A stretch of 21,649 nucleotides of DNA from Myxococcales bacterium (GCA_016706545.1 JADJJK010000031.1:1-21649); one strand, 5' to 3'; positions 8,283 through 17,591 are shown, counted from the first letter of the stretch. Translations and numbers: made by a program. Notes: a model not told the origin generated them from the sequence alone.

Positions 8283-9017
8283 GTGGCAGCGTCTGTCTGC
8301 GAAGTTCGAAATCTCACGGTCCAGTACGGCAAGCGCGTCGCGGTGGATGGCCTGGAGCTGGACCTGCACGCCGGCGACGTGACGTTGCTGCTGGGGCCCA
8401 ACGGCGCGGGCAAGTCCACCGCGCTGTCGGCGATCTCGGGCGCGCTGGTGCCCACCAGCGGCACCATCCGCATCGCCGGCTGCGATCTCGCCACGGATCC
8501 CCTCCGCGCCAAGGCCAAGCTTGGCTTCGCCGATCAGCCGCCTGCGCTGTACGAGTTCCTGACGGTGGTCGAGCACCTGGAGTTCGTGGCCGCCGCGCGC
8601 AGCGCCGAGCGCGGCGAGGTGGACCGCGTGATGACGCGCCTGCAGCTAACCGGGATCGCGCAGCGGCCGTGCCGCGAGCTGTCGTATGGCATGCGGCAGC
8701 GGGTCGGGCTGGCCGCGGCGCTGGTGGGCGACGTGGCGCTGGTGCTGCTCGACGAGACGCTCAACGGGCTCGATCCGTACGCGGCGCGCAGCGCTCGCGG
8801 CGCGGTGGAGGAGGTCGCGGCGCGCGGCGCGGCGGTGCTCATGTCCACCCACTTGCTCGGCGGCGCAGAGCGGATGTGCCAGCGCGCGATCATCATGGAC
8901 GGCGGGCGGGTGGTCGCCGACAAGAGCGGCGAGGAGCTGGCCACGCTCGTCGCTGGCGGGGCCGGAGCGCTGGAGGAGCTGTACGTCTCGGTGGTGCCGG
9001 ACCGAGGTCCGACGTGA
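8283..9017 (+). CDS. ABC transporter ATP-binding protein
   Basis: Proposed GTG start at 8283, preceded by GGGGGG about 5 nt upstream. It has Walker A GPNGAGKST, the ABC signature LSYGMRQR, Walker B LVLLDETLNGLD and an H-loop STHLL. It is divergent from the AAA-HEAT gene across only about 96 bp. Confidence 0.85.
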   Translation: MAASVCEVRNLTVQYGKRVAVDGLELDLHAGDVTLLLGPNGAGKSTALSAISGALVPTSGTIRIAGCDLATDPLRAKAKLGFADQPPALYEFLTVVEHLEFVAAARSAERGEVDRVMTRLQLTGIAQRPCRELSYGMRQRVGLAAALVGDVALVLLDETLNGLDPYAARSARGAVEEVAARGAAVLMSTHLLGGAERMCQRAIIMDGGRVVADKSGEELATLVAGGAGALEELYVSVVPDRGPT

Positions 9018-10261
9018 TCGACGCGGCCAAGCTCCGTCACGTGCAGCGAGAGGTCGGGCGGCGCAGCGGCGGCCGCCGGCGGACGTGGCTCGCGATGCTG
9101 GTCACCGGCGCGGCGGCGGCCGCCTGGGTGGCCACCGCGCCTGATGGCTCCGCGGCCAGCACGCGCTGGCTCTGGACCGCGGTGGCGCTGTACGCGGTCG
9201 CGATGTTGCGGGTGCCGTTCGTGCTGTTCTGGCGCGCCGACGCGGCGCTGCTCGCCAGGCTGCCCATCGAGGGCCGGCCGCTGTGGGGCGCGGCGCAGTG
9301 GGCAACTGGCGAGCTGGCCGCTCAGGCGCTGGCCGCCAGCTCGCTGGCCGCGCTGCCGCTGGCGGTGCTCGCGGGGCCTGACGCTGTCGCGGTGCTCGGC
9401 CGGCACGCGGCGCTGGCGGTGGCGCTGGCGTTCGCCGCGGCGGCGCTGGTCCCTGCGGTCGCGGTCGCCGCCGGGGCGCTGGTGGTCTCTGGCAAGGCCG
9501 ATCAGCTCCTGGCCGGGCTCGGCGGAGAGGTGAAGGCGCCTCCGACCGCCTGGCTGGGGGTGCTCCCAGGGCTGGCCTCGGCCGTGGCGGTGCTCCTGGC
9601 CATCGACGTCGGCGGCTGGCTGCGCGGCGGGCACGCCGAGGTCGGCGACGCCGTCTTGCTCCTGGCCGGGATGAGCGCCGCCTCCGTGGTGGCCGCGCTG
9701 CTGGCCCGCGCCGCGGCGGACCGGGTCATGCCGGCCATGCTGCGCGACGTCTCGGCGCTGGATCGGCAGCAGCTCGCGACCATCGAGCTGACCGCGGCGC
9801 CCGCCACCCTGCGCGCGCTGGGGCGACAGTTGACGCCGGGCGCGCGGCTGCTACTGGACAAGCACGCGCGGCTGCTGGCGCGACGTCACCCGATGTCCGC
9901 GGTGCTGGGCGCGGTGGCGTTTGCGATCCTGGCGGTCAGCGCGCTGGCGTCGTCGCACGCCGCCGTGCTGCAGGTGACCACGCTGGCGGTGACGTTTGCA
10001 TACGCCATGGTATTGCGCGGCCGCATGGCGCAGCCGCCGGTGGAGCTGCCGAGGCTGCGCGACAGCCTGCCGCTGACGCCAGGTGACGCGCAGGCCGCGG
10101 CGCGCACGTATGTGCTGTGGTGGTGGGGATGGTTCGCGCTGCTGCCAGGGGCGCTGGTCCTGGCGCGCACGGCGCAGCTCTGGCAAGTGGCGCCGGCGCT
10201 GGCGGCCGGGACGCTGCTGCTGGTCCTTGGCGGCGGCGGTGGCCGCGCGACCGCGCGCTGA
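9014..10261 (+). CDS. Polytopic membrane protein, probable ABC-2-type permease partner
   Basis: The GTG at 9014 overlaps the TGA of the ABC ATPase (GTGA), which indicates coupling. The roughly 415-aa product is very hydrophobic and Ala/Leu-rich, with at least 6 predicted TM helices. The exact start is uncertain; an alternative ATG (MLVTGAAAA...) lies about 30 codons downstream. Confidence 0.6.
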   Translation: MIDAAKLRHVQREVGRRSGGRRRTWLAMLVTGAAAAAWVATAPDGSAASTRWLWTAVALYAVAMLRVPFVLFWRADAALLARLPIEGRPLWGAAQWATGELAAQALAASSLAALPLAVLAGPDAVAVLGRHAALAVALAFAAAALVPAVAVAAGALVVSGKADQLLAGLGGEVKAPPTAWLGVLPGLASAVAVLLAIDVGGWLRGGHAEVGDAVLLLAGMSAASVVAALLARAAADRVMPAMLRDVSALDRQQLATIELTAAPATLRALGRQLTPGARLLLDKHARLLARRHPMSAVLGAVAFAILAVSALASSHAAVLQVTTLAVTFAYAMVLRGRMAQPPVELPRLRDSLPLTPGDAQAAARTYVLWWWGWFALLPGALVLARTAQLWQVAPALAAGTLLLVLGGGGGRATAR

Positions 10262-10353
10262 CCGCGAGGCGCTGACGGCCGACGCTGCATCGTGTCAGCG
10301 GCCTTGCGCTGGGGCGCGCCTGCCATGCTGCATTTTTTCGCTGCGCCCGAGGC

Positions 10354-10464
10354 CGCGCATGGGCGCCGCCCGGGGCCGCGCATGGGCGCCGCTGCGCAGC
10401 CGAGGCTTTGCGGTGACGAGATCGCGACTTGGACGCAGCGGTCGCAGTGGTCGCAGCGGTCCTT
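10354..10464. repeat. Two short direct-repeat motifs in the spacer: CCGCGCATGGGCGCCGC x2 (about 10354-10393) and GCAGYGGTC x3 (about 10438-10464)
   Basis: Read directly: ccgcgcatgggcgccgcccggggccgcgcatgggcgccgc and gcagcggtcgcagtggtcgcagcggtc. Confidence 0.7.
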
Positions 10465-10565
10465 GGGACCTGTGGTCATCAGGTTTTCACGTTCCCGGCT
10501 CCGCTTTGGATGCGCGCGGCGGCAAGAGCCTGTACGCTCAGCGGGCTCATGGGCGAGCCGCGGTC

Positions 10566-10678
10566 GAACTCATCGGCGAACTCATCGGCGAGTTCATCGG
10601 CGAACTCATCGGCGAGTTCAGCGGCGAGCGGCGAGTTCATCGGCGAACTCATCCGCGAGTTCATCGGCGAACTCATCG
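10566..10678. repeat. Tandem 12-mer array alternating GAACTCATCGGC and GAGTTCATCGGC, about 9 copies (a 24-mer unit)
   Basis: cgaactcatcggcgaactcatcggcgagttcatcggcgaactcatcggcgagttca...gagttcatcggcgaactcatccgcgagttcatcggcgaactcatcg. It would encode ELIGEFIG in one frame, or RTHRRV in the giant-ORF frame. Confidence 0.85.
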
Positions 10679-10756
10679 ATAGGTCCTGCGATAGAGCCTT
10701 TGCCAGACTCCGCCACGGACGCCAGGGACGACGGCGGACCGCGTGCCGGCTCGTCA

Positions 10757-10822
10757 TCTCCATCGCTGCCGTCGCTGCCGTCGTCGCCGTCGTCGCCGTC
10801 GCCATCGTCGCCGTCGCCATCG
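10757..10822. repeat. Tandem GCCGTCGYC / CCGTCG microsatellite, about 10 units
   Basis: ccatcgctgccgtcgctgccgtcgtcgccgtcgtcgccgtcgccatcgtcgccgtcgccatcg. It would encode SPSLPSLPSSPSSPSPSSPSPS in the giant-ORF frame. It lies immediately upstream of the proposed ATG at 10847. Confidence 0.8.
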
Positions 10823-10846
10823 CGCGGCGGCAAGATCGTCGAGGAG

Positions 10847-13800
10847 ATGCTCGAGGTGGCGCGCGCCGAGGCTGACGCGGCGATGTCTGCGGCGGAGCGC
10901 GAGGTCGCTGGCGACCTGGCGGCGCGGGCGGTGCTCCTTGCCTGGGACAGCCAAAGCCTGGTGCCGGCGAGCATCGCGAGCCGCGCCGGTGACGGGACCG
11001 GGCCGCACGAGCCGTCGGGGACAGGCGCCGGGGGGCTCGCCTCCGATCCAGCGTGGGCAGAGCGGACGCTGTTCTTGCCGGCCACCCACCCGCTGAGCGC
11101 GCGGCTCCAGCTCGCCGCGGCGCTGGCTGGGTCGGTGGGGCGCGCGGACGCCGATTCGAGCTTGCTGTGGGCCGAGCGCGCCGTTCACCACGCCGATCCG
11201 CAACACCGCGGTGATCTTGCGCTCTGGCTGGCCGAAGCCTGGCAGCTCGGTGGCGGACGCCCGCCGGCCACCGTGCTCGAGCTGGTGGTGGCTGGCGAGT
11301 CGCCGCACGCGCGGGCGCTGGCGCAGCTCGTGGGGTTCGCGCCGCGGCGCGTGGCGGAGCTGTCCGCGGCGGCGGTGGGGCGGCACGGCGGCGGCGACGA
11401 GCGCGCCGAGGCGGCCAGCCTGCTCCTCGACTCCGGCGCGGACCCGCGTGAGGCCGCCGCGCTGTGCGCGCGCGTCGCCAGCAACGCGCTGGAGGTCCGG
11501 CTGCGGTGCCTGGAGCTCGCCATCGAGGCCAGGCTGCGCGGCGACAGCCAGGAGGACCTGACGCAGCTCTGGCTCGAGCGCGCCGCGCTGGTGGGGGACC
11601 TGTCCAATGGGGCGCTCGATGCGGCGGTGTCTCGTGTGCTGGCGGTGGAGAGCGATGATTCCGGACGCGATTCCGCGCGCGATTCCAGCCGGGACCTTGG
11701 CCCGCGCCGCACCCCGTCCGAGCCCAACCTCCGCGTCCTGGCTCGGATCCCCAGAGCGAGCAAGAGCCCGATGGCTGGCGACGACGCCGAGCCCGTCGCT
11801 GGCCACGCCGCGGGAGCTGCCGCGCCGCGACCGCCGCGTCACGCGCAGCTCACCCCGCTGGCGGAGTCTCCGGCGGTGCGAGATCCGTACTTCGGTCCGC
11901 TGTACCTGCGCATGCGCAGCCTGACCTACGCCATCGCCGCCGGCGATCGCGCGGCGGCCACCGAGCTCCGGCGCCGGCTCGCGTTCGAGTCGCCCTGTCC
12001 GGTGGTGGCGGCGTGCCACGCGGCGCGCGCGGCCACCAGCCTCGAGGTCGCGATGGCCAGCGCGCCGGAGGCGGCGGTCGTCGACGCGCGCGACACCCGC
12101 GGCTCCGCGCTGGAGCTGGCGGAGGTGGCCTGCGAGCGCGTGCCGAGCCCGACCTTGCTGGCGTTGCTCGACCGCGCCTGGCTGCGCCGATCGCCCATCC
12201 CCGCGCAGGCGGTGGAGCGGCTGTCGCAGCGCGGCGGCGTGGCGCTGCGCTGGGCCGCTCACCTGGCGGAGCGCCGGCTCCTCGATCTGCCGCGCGCGAC
12301 GCGGCTGTGGTCGCAGGCCGCCGAGCTGGCGACGGCGGACAGCGGCTTCGCGCTGGATCACCTGGCGTCGTGTCACCGGCGGCTGGGCGACCACGAGGCG
12401 CTCGCCAAGATCTACGTCGCGCTGGCTGGACGCGAGGACACGCCCCGCGGGGTGGCGGTGTGGCGGTGCGCCGCCGCGGCGCTGGCCCTGTCGCGCGACG
12501 GGGAGGGCGCCCGGAGCGCGCTGGAGCGCGCCGTGGAAGCTGCGCCGCGTGACCCGGTCAGCCGGATCGGCCTCTTGCGGGTGGTCCTGGCCGCGTCGGA
12601 GTGGAGCACCGCGGTCAAGCTGCTGGAGGACATGATCCCCAAGCTGGCGGTGCGCGCGCTGCGGCAGCGATACTCGCGCGAGCGCGCGTGCTTGCTCGAC
12701 GTACACCTGCAGCGCTCCGCGGAAGCCGAGGACGCCTTCGAGCAGATCCTGGCCGAAGACCCGCTGGACGCCGACACGCTGGTGGCGCTGGGCGAGCTGT
12801 ACGAGCGGCGGCAAAAGCCGATGCTCGCCATCGCCGCGCGGCGACGCGCCTGCGATCTCTTGCCCCCGGCAGCCAGGGTTTCCCAGCTCGTGATCGTGGC
12901 GGAGCTGTGCCGCAACCACTCCGAGCTGGAAGACGGCCTCTCCGCGCTGGAGGAGGCGCAGCGGCTGGATCCCGAGAACTCGGACGTCCACCGCATGCTG
13001 GCCGACCTCTACGAGCAGCTCGGCAAGCCCGAGTACGCGGTGGTCGCGCTGCGCATGGAGCTGGCGCGCAACCCGGAGCCACCCCGGCGCATGGTCGCGC
13101 AGCTTCGGCTCGCCGGGCTGCTGGCCCGCCTCGGCACCGAGCCTGAGTCCGTGGTCGCGTTGTATCTCGATGTGTTGTCGATGGATCCCAGCAGCAGCGA
13201 GGCGCTCGCCGGCATCCAGGCGCCGGCGCGTGCGCTGGGTTGGTGGGACGCGCTGACGCGCGCCTTCCGCGCGGCGCCGCCCACTGCCGACAACCTGGTC
13301 GTGCTGGCCGACGCGCTGGAGAAGATGTCGAGCTTCGCGGAGCTAGCGCGGGTGCGCCGAGCGCAGCTCGAGGCCGCCACCTTGCCGGCGGAGCGCGCTC
13401 GCCGCGCCTCGGAGCTGGCGGTGCTGCACGAGACGCGGCTCGGTGATCCCGACGCCGCGATCGCGGCGCTGCGGCAGGCGGTGGGGGTGGCGCCCGAGCT
13501 CGAGCGCACAGGCCTTCTCCAGGACCTCGAGCAGCTCCTGGAACGCCATGGGCGCTGGCCGGAGCTGGCCGAGCTGTTCTCGAGCGAGCTGGCGCGGTGC
13601 GAGCCGGCGCAAGAGGAGGAGCGCGTGCGGCTGCATCTGCGTCGCGCGCGGGTCTGCGCCGAGCGGACCGGAGATCTCGCCAGCGCGGTGGCCGCCTGCG
13701 AGGCCGCGCTCGAGATCTTGCCGGAGCAGGTGGAGACGCAGGAGCTCCTCGCCGCGGTGTACGAGCGGGCGGGGCGGCGGCGAGACGCGATCCGGATCGT

Positions 13801-16800
13801 GCAGGGCCGCGCGCAGGCCGCCAGCGGCAGCGAGCGCGCCGGGCTCCTGGCGCGGGCGGCGCGCCTCCACCTGGCAGAGGACGACCTGGCCGGTGGCCTG
13901 GCGGCGTACCAGGCCGCCATCGAGGCCGACCCAGGCGATCGCGAGACCTTCACCGCCTACGAGCGCGCGTGCTACGCGCACAAGCGCTGGCCGGACGTGC
14001 TGCGCCTGTATGACACCGCCATCGCGCACGTCGAGGCGGGCGCGCACCGCGCCTACCGCCTGTTTGACCTGTACTCGCGCAAGGCGCAGGCGCAGGCGTC
14101 GTACCTGGGAGACCCAGACGGCGCCGCCGAGTCGCTGTGCCGGCTCATCGTCCAGGAGAACAACCCGGACGCATCCCTCAAGCTGATGGAGGAGCTCTGC
14201 GCCTCACGCGGCGACTACGCCGCGCTGGTGGACGCGCTCGAGCGCCGGGCGCAGGCCGCGCGAGATGGCGCGCGCAGCCTGGACGCGCTCCGCCGCGCGG
14301 TGACGGCCGCCGAGACGTACCTGGATGATCCCGCGCGCGTGGCGAAGCTCCGCGCGCAGGTGGTGCGGCTCGATCCTTCCGATGAGGCCAGCGCCAGCGC
14401 GCTCGAGGCCTTCTATCGTGAGCGCAAGGAGGTGACGGCGCTCATCTCGTTTCTGCACACCCAGATCGAGGCCAGCCGAGACTCCGCGCGCACGGTCGAG
14501 CTCCTGCAGCGGGTGGCCGAGGTCAGCGAGGACGACGCGCGGGACGTCGAGGGCGCCATCTTGCACTACACCAAGATCCTCGAGATCGAGCCCCGACACG
14601 TGGAGTCGCTGGAGGCGCTCAGCCGCATCTACGAGTCCACCGAGCGCTGGACGGAGCTCATCGAGATCACCCGCCGGCAGATCAAGGGCATGGCGGACCG
14701 CAGCAGCAAGGCGCTCTTGTACTTCCGCTGCGGCTCGGTGATGGAGGCCAAGTTCGGACGCGAGGAAGACGCGATCCGGTACTACCAGGCGGCGATCACG
14801 GTCTCGACGGCGTGCATGCCCGCCGTCCACGGCCTGCGCGATCTGTACCGTCGGCGACAGGAGTGGGCGCGCGTCGTCGAGACGCTGGAGCTCGAGCTCA
14901 AGCTCTGGCAGGACGACAAGGAGCGCGCCGGCGTGCTGGCCCAGATCGGGCAGGTCTACGCGGAGCGGATCGGCGACGGTCGCAGCGCGCGGCAGTACTT
15001 TCACGAGGCGCTGGCGGTGGACCCCGAGTGCGTCCCCGCCAACTGGGCGCTGTTCGAGGATTACTTCGCCGCTGGAAACTGGGAGCAGGCCCGGCCGCTG
15101 GCCAGCTCGCTGACCCAGCGGGCCATGCACGATGGCGATCCGGCGACGCGCAGCGAGTTCTATCGCAAGCGAGCGATGGTCTCGCTGCACACCGGCGATC
15201 CGCGAGACGCCGCCGAGAGCTTCGTGGTGGCGCTGGAGATCCGGCCCACCAACCTGGACGCGCTGGAGGCGCTCGGGAGGGTGGCGCGGAACCACCCCAC
15301 GGTCTACGACTTCGAGAGCACGTACCGCGAGCTGGAGCGGATCTATCGCCGGCGAGACGACGCGGCGCCGCTGCTGGCGCGCGTGTGGATGGGGTTGGCG
15401 ACGCTGGCGGAGCGCGCCGGCGATCTCGATCACGCCGCGGATCTGTCCAGCGCGGCCACCTCGCTGGCGCCCACGGATCTCATCGTGCTGATGGCGGTGG
15501 TGGACTTCCACTGCGACATGCGGCGCTGGGCCGCGGCGGTGGACGCCATCCTGGCGTTCTTGCCGCAGGCAAACCCGGCGGACGTCACCGCGGCGCGGCT
15601 GCGGCTAGCAGAGCTCCACGCCGATGGCCAGCGCGACGCCTCGCGCGCGATCGCCGTGCTCGGGGACGTCGTTCGCGATGAGCCCACCTGCCACGAGGCG
15701 CACTACCTGCTCGCCCAGCAGCACTACCTGCACGGTCGCCTCGCGGAGGCGCGCGCCGCCATGGACGCCGCGCTGGAGCTGGCGGAGTCACTGCCCGCGG
15801 CGACCGCGGACGCCGCGCTGGCGCGCTACCACTACTACCGCGGTCGCGTCCTCGGCGCGCAGGGCGATGGCGCCGCCGCCGAGGCGCAGTACCGCCTCGC
15901 GTGTGACCATGACCGTGGCTATGCGCCGCCGGCCTTGCTGCTGGCGCGGCGCGCCGCCGAGGTGGGGGACCATCGCCAGGCCGAGGCCCTGCTGATCGAA
16001 GCCGCGCGCGCCGCCATCGAGCAGCGCGGGGTGGTGGGGGCGGTGCCGATGCAGCGCGGCCTGGCCCGCATCCTCCTGGCCAATGGAGACCGGGTCGCGG
16101 CCATCGAGGCGTACCGCGGCATCCTCGCGGTCACGCCGGACAACGCGATCGACCGCGTCGCGCTGGCCGAGATCTACGCGGTCGATGATCTGCCGCGCGC
16201 CATCGCCGAGCTGCGCAAGGTGATCGATCGCGACCTTCGTCACGCGCCAGCGTACCGGCTCCTGGCCTGGTACTACGAGCAGCAAGGGGAGCTCGAGCGC
16301 GCGGCGCGGGTGCTGGCCGTGCTGGAGCTGATGGGCTTTGCAGAGGACAGCGACCTGGAGACGGCGCAGCGGCTGCGCGCCGCGCGGGTGGCGCCGCCGA
16401 TCGTGTCCTCGCTGGGCTCCGAGCAACGTCATCACCTGCTGGCGACGCGGGCCACTCGCGACGTCCTGGGCGAGGTCTGGTCCGTGTTCGCGCCGGCGAT
16501 CTCGGCGCTGTTCCCGCCGTTTGCGCTGGGCGAGGACCTGGTGCCCATGGAGGCCTACGGGGACGCCTCGCTGTGCGAGGACTACGCCGAGGTCGCGCGG
16601 ATCTTCGAGACCTCCGCGGAGGTGTTCCTGGGAGATCGGGTGCCGGGGATGACGATGGTGGTGACCCATCCACGACCGGCGATCGTCATCGACCGGGCGC
16701 TGGCGCAAGAGAGCCGCGCCGCCCGGCGCTTCCTCTTTGGCTGGTCGCTCGACGCGATCCGCGGCTCCTACGCGGTGCTGCTGTCCCTCGGCGCCTCGCA

Positions 16801-17185
16801 GTGCAGCGAGCTGAGCGCCATCCTGCGCGAGCTGTTCGCCAGCGAAGGCGACCGCTCGGGCGTGGCCGCGGAGCTGGTGCGCGTGGGAGGGGCCTCGGGG
16901 ACCAAGGTCCTCGACAAGTACGCCGGCCGGATGCGTGAGCTGGACGTCGAGGGGTGGATGGATGGCATGCTGGCCGGCGCCAAGCGCAGCGGTCTTTTGG
17001 CCTGCGACGAGTTCGAGGCCGCGATCTGGATGATCGCGCGCCTCTCCGGGGAGCGCCTCGCCGGGCACGACGACACCGCGGCGCTCGGTGCGGTGCTAGG
17101 CGGCGCGGACCTGGTACGGTACTACCTGAGCGATGACTACCAACGCCTGCGACAGAGCTTGACGGCCGCGAAGGCGGAGTCATGA
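10847..17185 (+). CDS. Giant (about 2110-aa) tetratricopeptide (TPR) repeat protein with a non-TPR C-terminal domain of about 280 aa
   Basis: The continuous frame has strong G/C third-position bias. There are dozens of TPR-like units (e.g. ADTLVALGELYERRQKPMLAIAARRRACDLLP; VHRMLADLYEQLGKPEYAVVALRMELARNPE; VESLEALSRIYESTERWTELIEITRRQIK). The ATG at 10847 is the first start after the repeat-nest spacer, although the long ORF formally opens at 10292 inside non-coding-looking repeats. The C-terminal roughly 280 aa (ELMGFAEDSD...LTAAKAES) is not TPR. Confidence 0.75.
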   Translation: MLEVARAEADAAMSAAEREVAGDLAARAVLLAWDSQSLVPASIASRAGDGTGPHEPSGTGAGGLASDPAWAERTLFLPATHPLSARLQLAAALAGSVGRADADSSLLWAERAVHHADPQHRGDLALWLAEAWQLGGGRPPATVLELVVAGESPHARALAQLVGFAPRRVAELSAAAVGRHGGGDERAEAASLLLDSGADPREAAALCARVASNALEVRLRCLELAIEARLRGDSQEDLTQLWLERAALVGDLSNGALDAAVSRVLAVESDDSGRDSARDSSRDLGPRRTPSEPNLRVLARIPRASKSPMAGDDAEPVAGHAAGAAAPRPPRHAQLTPLAESPAVRDPYFGPLYLRMRSLTYAIAAGDRAAATELRRRLAFESPCPVVAACHAARAATSLEVAMASAPEAAVVDARDTRGSALELAEVACERVPSPTLLALLDRAWLRRSPIPAQAVERLSQRGGVALRWAAHLAERRLLDLPRATRLWSQAAELATADSGFALDHLASCHRRLGDHEALAKIYVALAGREDTPRGVAVWRCAAAALALSRDGEGARSALERAVEAAPRDPVSRIGLLRVVLAASEWSTAVKLLEDMIPKLAVRALRQRYSRERACLLDVHLQRSAEAEDAFEQILAEDPLDADTLVALGELYERRQKPMLAIAARRRACDLLPPAARVSQLVIVAELCRNHSELEDGLSALEEAQRLDPENSDVHRMLADLYEQLGKPEYAVVALRMELARNPEPPRRMVAQLRLAGLLARLGTEPESVVALYLDVLSMDPSSSEALAGIQAPARALGWWDALTRAFRAAPPTADNLVVLADALEKMSSFAELARVRRAQLEAATLPAERARRASELAVLHETRLGDPDAAIAALRQAVGVAPELERTGLLQDLEQLLERHGRWPELAELFSSELARCEPAQEEERVRLHLRRARVCAERTGDLASAVAACEAALEILPEQVETQELLAAVYERAGRRRDAIRIVQGRAQAASGSERAGLLARAARLHLAEDDLAGGLAAYQAAIEADPGDRETFTAYERACYAHKRWPDVLRLYDTAIAHVEAGAHRAYRLFDLYSRKAQAQASYLGDPDGAAESLCRLIVQENNPDASLKLMEELCASRGDYAALVDALERRAQAARDGARSLDALRRAVTAAETYLDDPARVAKLRAQVVRLDPSDEASASALEAFYRERKEVTALISFLHTQIEASRDSARTVELLQRVAEVSEDDARDVEGAILHYTKILEIEPRHVESLEALSRIYESTERWTELIEITRRQIKGMADRSSKALLYFRCGSVMEAKFGREEDAIRYYQAAITVSTACMPAVHGLRDLYRRRQEWARVVETLELELKLWQDDKERAGVLAQIGQVYAERIGDGRSARQYFHEALAVDPECVPANWALFEDYFAAGNWEQARPLASSLTQRAMHDGDPATRSEFYRKRAMVSLHTGDPRDAAESFVVALEIRPTNLDALEALGRVARNHPTVYDFESTYRELERIYRRRDDAAPLLARVWMGLATLAERAGDLDHAADLSSAATSLAPTDLIVLMAVVDFHCDMRRWAAAVDAILAFLPQANPADVTAARLRLAELHADGQRDASRAIAVLGDVVRDEPTCHEAHYLLAQQHYLHGRLAEARAAMDAALELAESLPAATADAALARYHYYRGRVLGAQGDGAAAEAQYRLACDHDRGYAPPALLLARRAAEVGDHRQAEALLIEAARAAIEQRGVVGAVPMQRGLARILLANGDRVAAIEAYRGILAVTPDNAIDRVALAEIYAVDDLPRAIAELRKVIDRDLRHAPAYRLLAWYYEQQGELERAARVLAVLELMGFAEDSDLETAQRLRAARVAPPIVSSLGSEQRHHLLATRATRDVLGEVWSVFAPAISALFPPFALGEDLVPMEAYGDASLCEDYAEVARIFETSAEVFLGDRVPGMTMVVTHPRPAIVIDRALAQESRAARRFLFGWSLDAIRGSYAVLLSLGASQCSELSAILRELFASEGDRSGVAAELVRVGGASGTKVLDKYAGRMRELDVEGWMDGMLAGAKRSGLLACDEFEAAIWMIARLSGERLAGHDDTAALGAVLGGADLVRYYLSDDYQRLRQSLTAAKAES

Positions 17186-17591
17186 GCGAGCGGGGGCGGG
17201 CGCGGGCCGCAGGCGGCGCTGACTCGATGGGACAGAAAGAGCGGAGGAGTCGAGCAAACCGTATGGCAGCTCGCGTCCCTTCGCCCGCTCAAATGCCTGG
17301 TCGCAACCGTGCGTTGCACTGCATTGATGAGCCAGATCTCCTCATGCCGCGGCGCGCCACAGGCGGTTCGAGCGCTCCGTTGCTCCCGAGGTCCTCGTGT
17401 AAAGTGCTTGAATATAAAACGATTGAGCACCCTGCCGACCTCCACCTTCGGGAGTTGGCAATTTCGCAATCACCCAACCAGAAATCCACCGTTGCCATGG
17501 ATCATGGCCCGATCATGACGCTATGCTTGACCGGCATGGTTAGACCCAGGCGATGTAATCGAGGCCACGAGGATTACGTCATGGTGAGACG
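17186..17591 (+). promoter_or_regulatory. An approximately 400-bp intergenic island of markedly lower GC upstream of the STAS gene; probable promoter/leader region
   Basis: It contains stretches such as gtgcttgaatataaaacgattgagcac and ttggcaatttcgcaatcacccaaccagaaatcc that are atypical for this genome. Overlapping ORFs have non-coding codon usage. Palindromic bits CCATGGATCATGG and TCATGA lie near the start. Confidence 0.4.

Noticed and set aside
3816-9017. Long plus-strand ORFs (708 aa at 3816..5942; the first about 730 aa of 6075..9017) overlapping the AAA-HEAT gene on the opposite strand
   Set aside because: They have Arg/Gly-dominated low-complexity translations and no motifs. The minus-strand frame carries clear Walker and HEAT motifs. 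Only the last 245 codons of 6075..9017 (from GTG 8283) form the real ABC ATPase.
10292-10846. Taking ATG 10292 as the true start of the giant TPR protein
   Set aside because: The first 550 nt are non-coding-like tandem repeats with mixed third positions, for example an ttttttcg run and duplicated 17-mers. Coding-like G/C third-position bias begins at about 10840, so I prefer ATG 10847, though an upstream start cannot be excluded.
10754-12991. 745-aa and other minus-strand ORFs inside the giant TPR gene; 256- and 313-aa ORFs overlapping the 991..2264 genes
   Set aside because: Same GC artefact: Arg-rich nonsense sequence antisense to strongly supported coding frames.
17440-17480. Sigma-54 promoter (TGGCA...TTGCA-like, ttggcaatttcgcaatc) upstream of the STAS gene, and a second candidate (ttggtaagcgcaaatgct) upstream of the PP2C gene
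   Set aside because: The spacing between the GG and GC dinucleotides is 7 and 11 nt, whereas the consensus is 10. Neither fits a -24/-12 element well enough to call.
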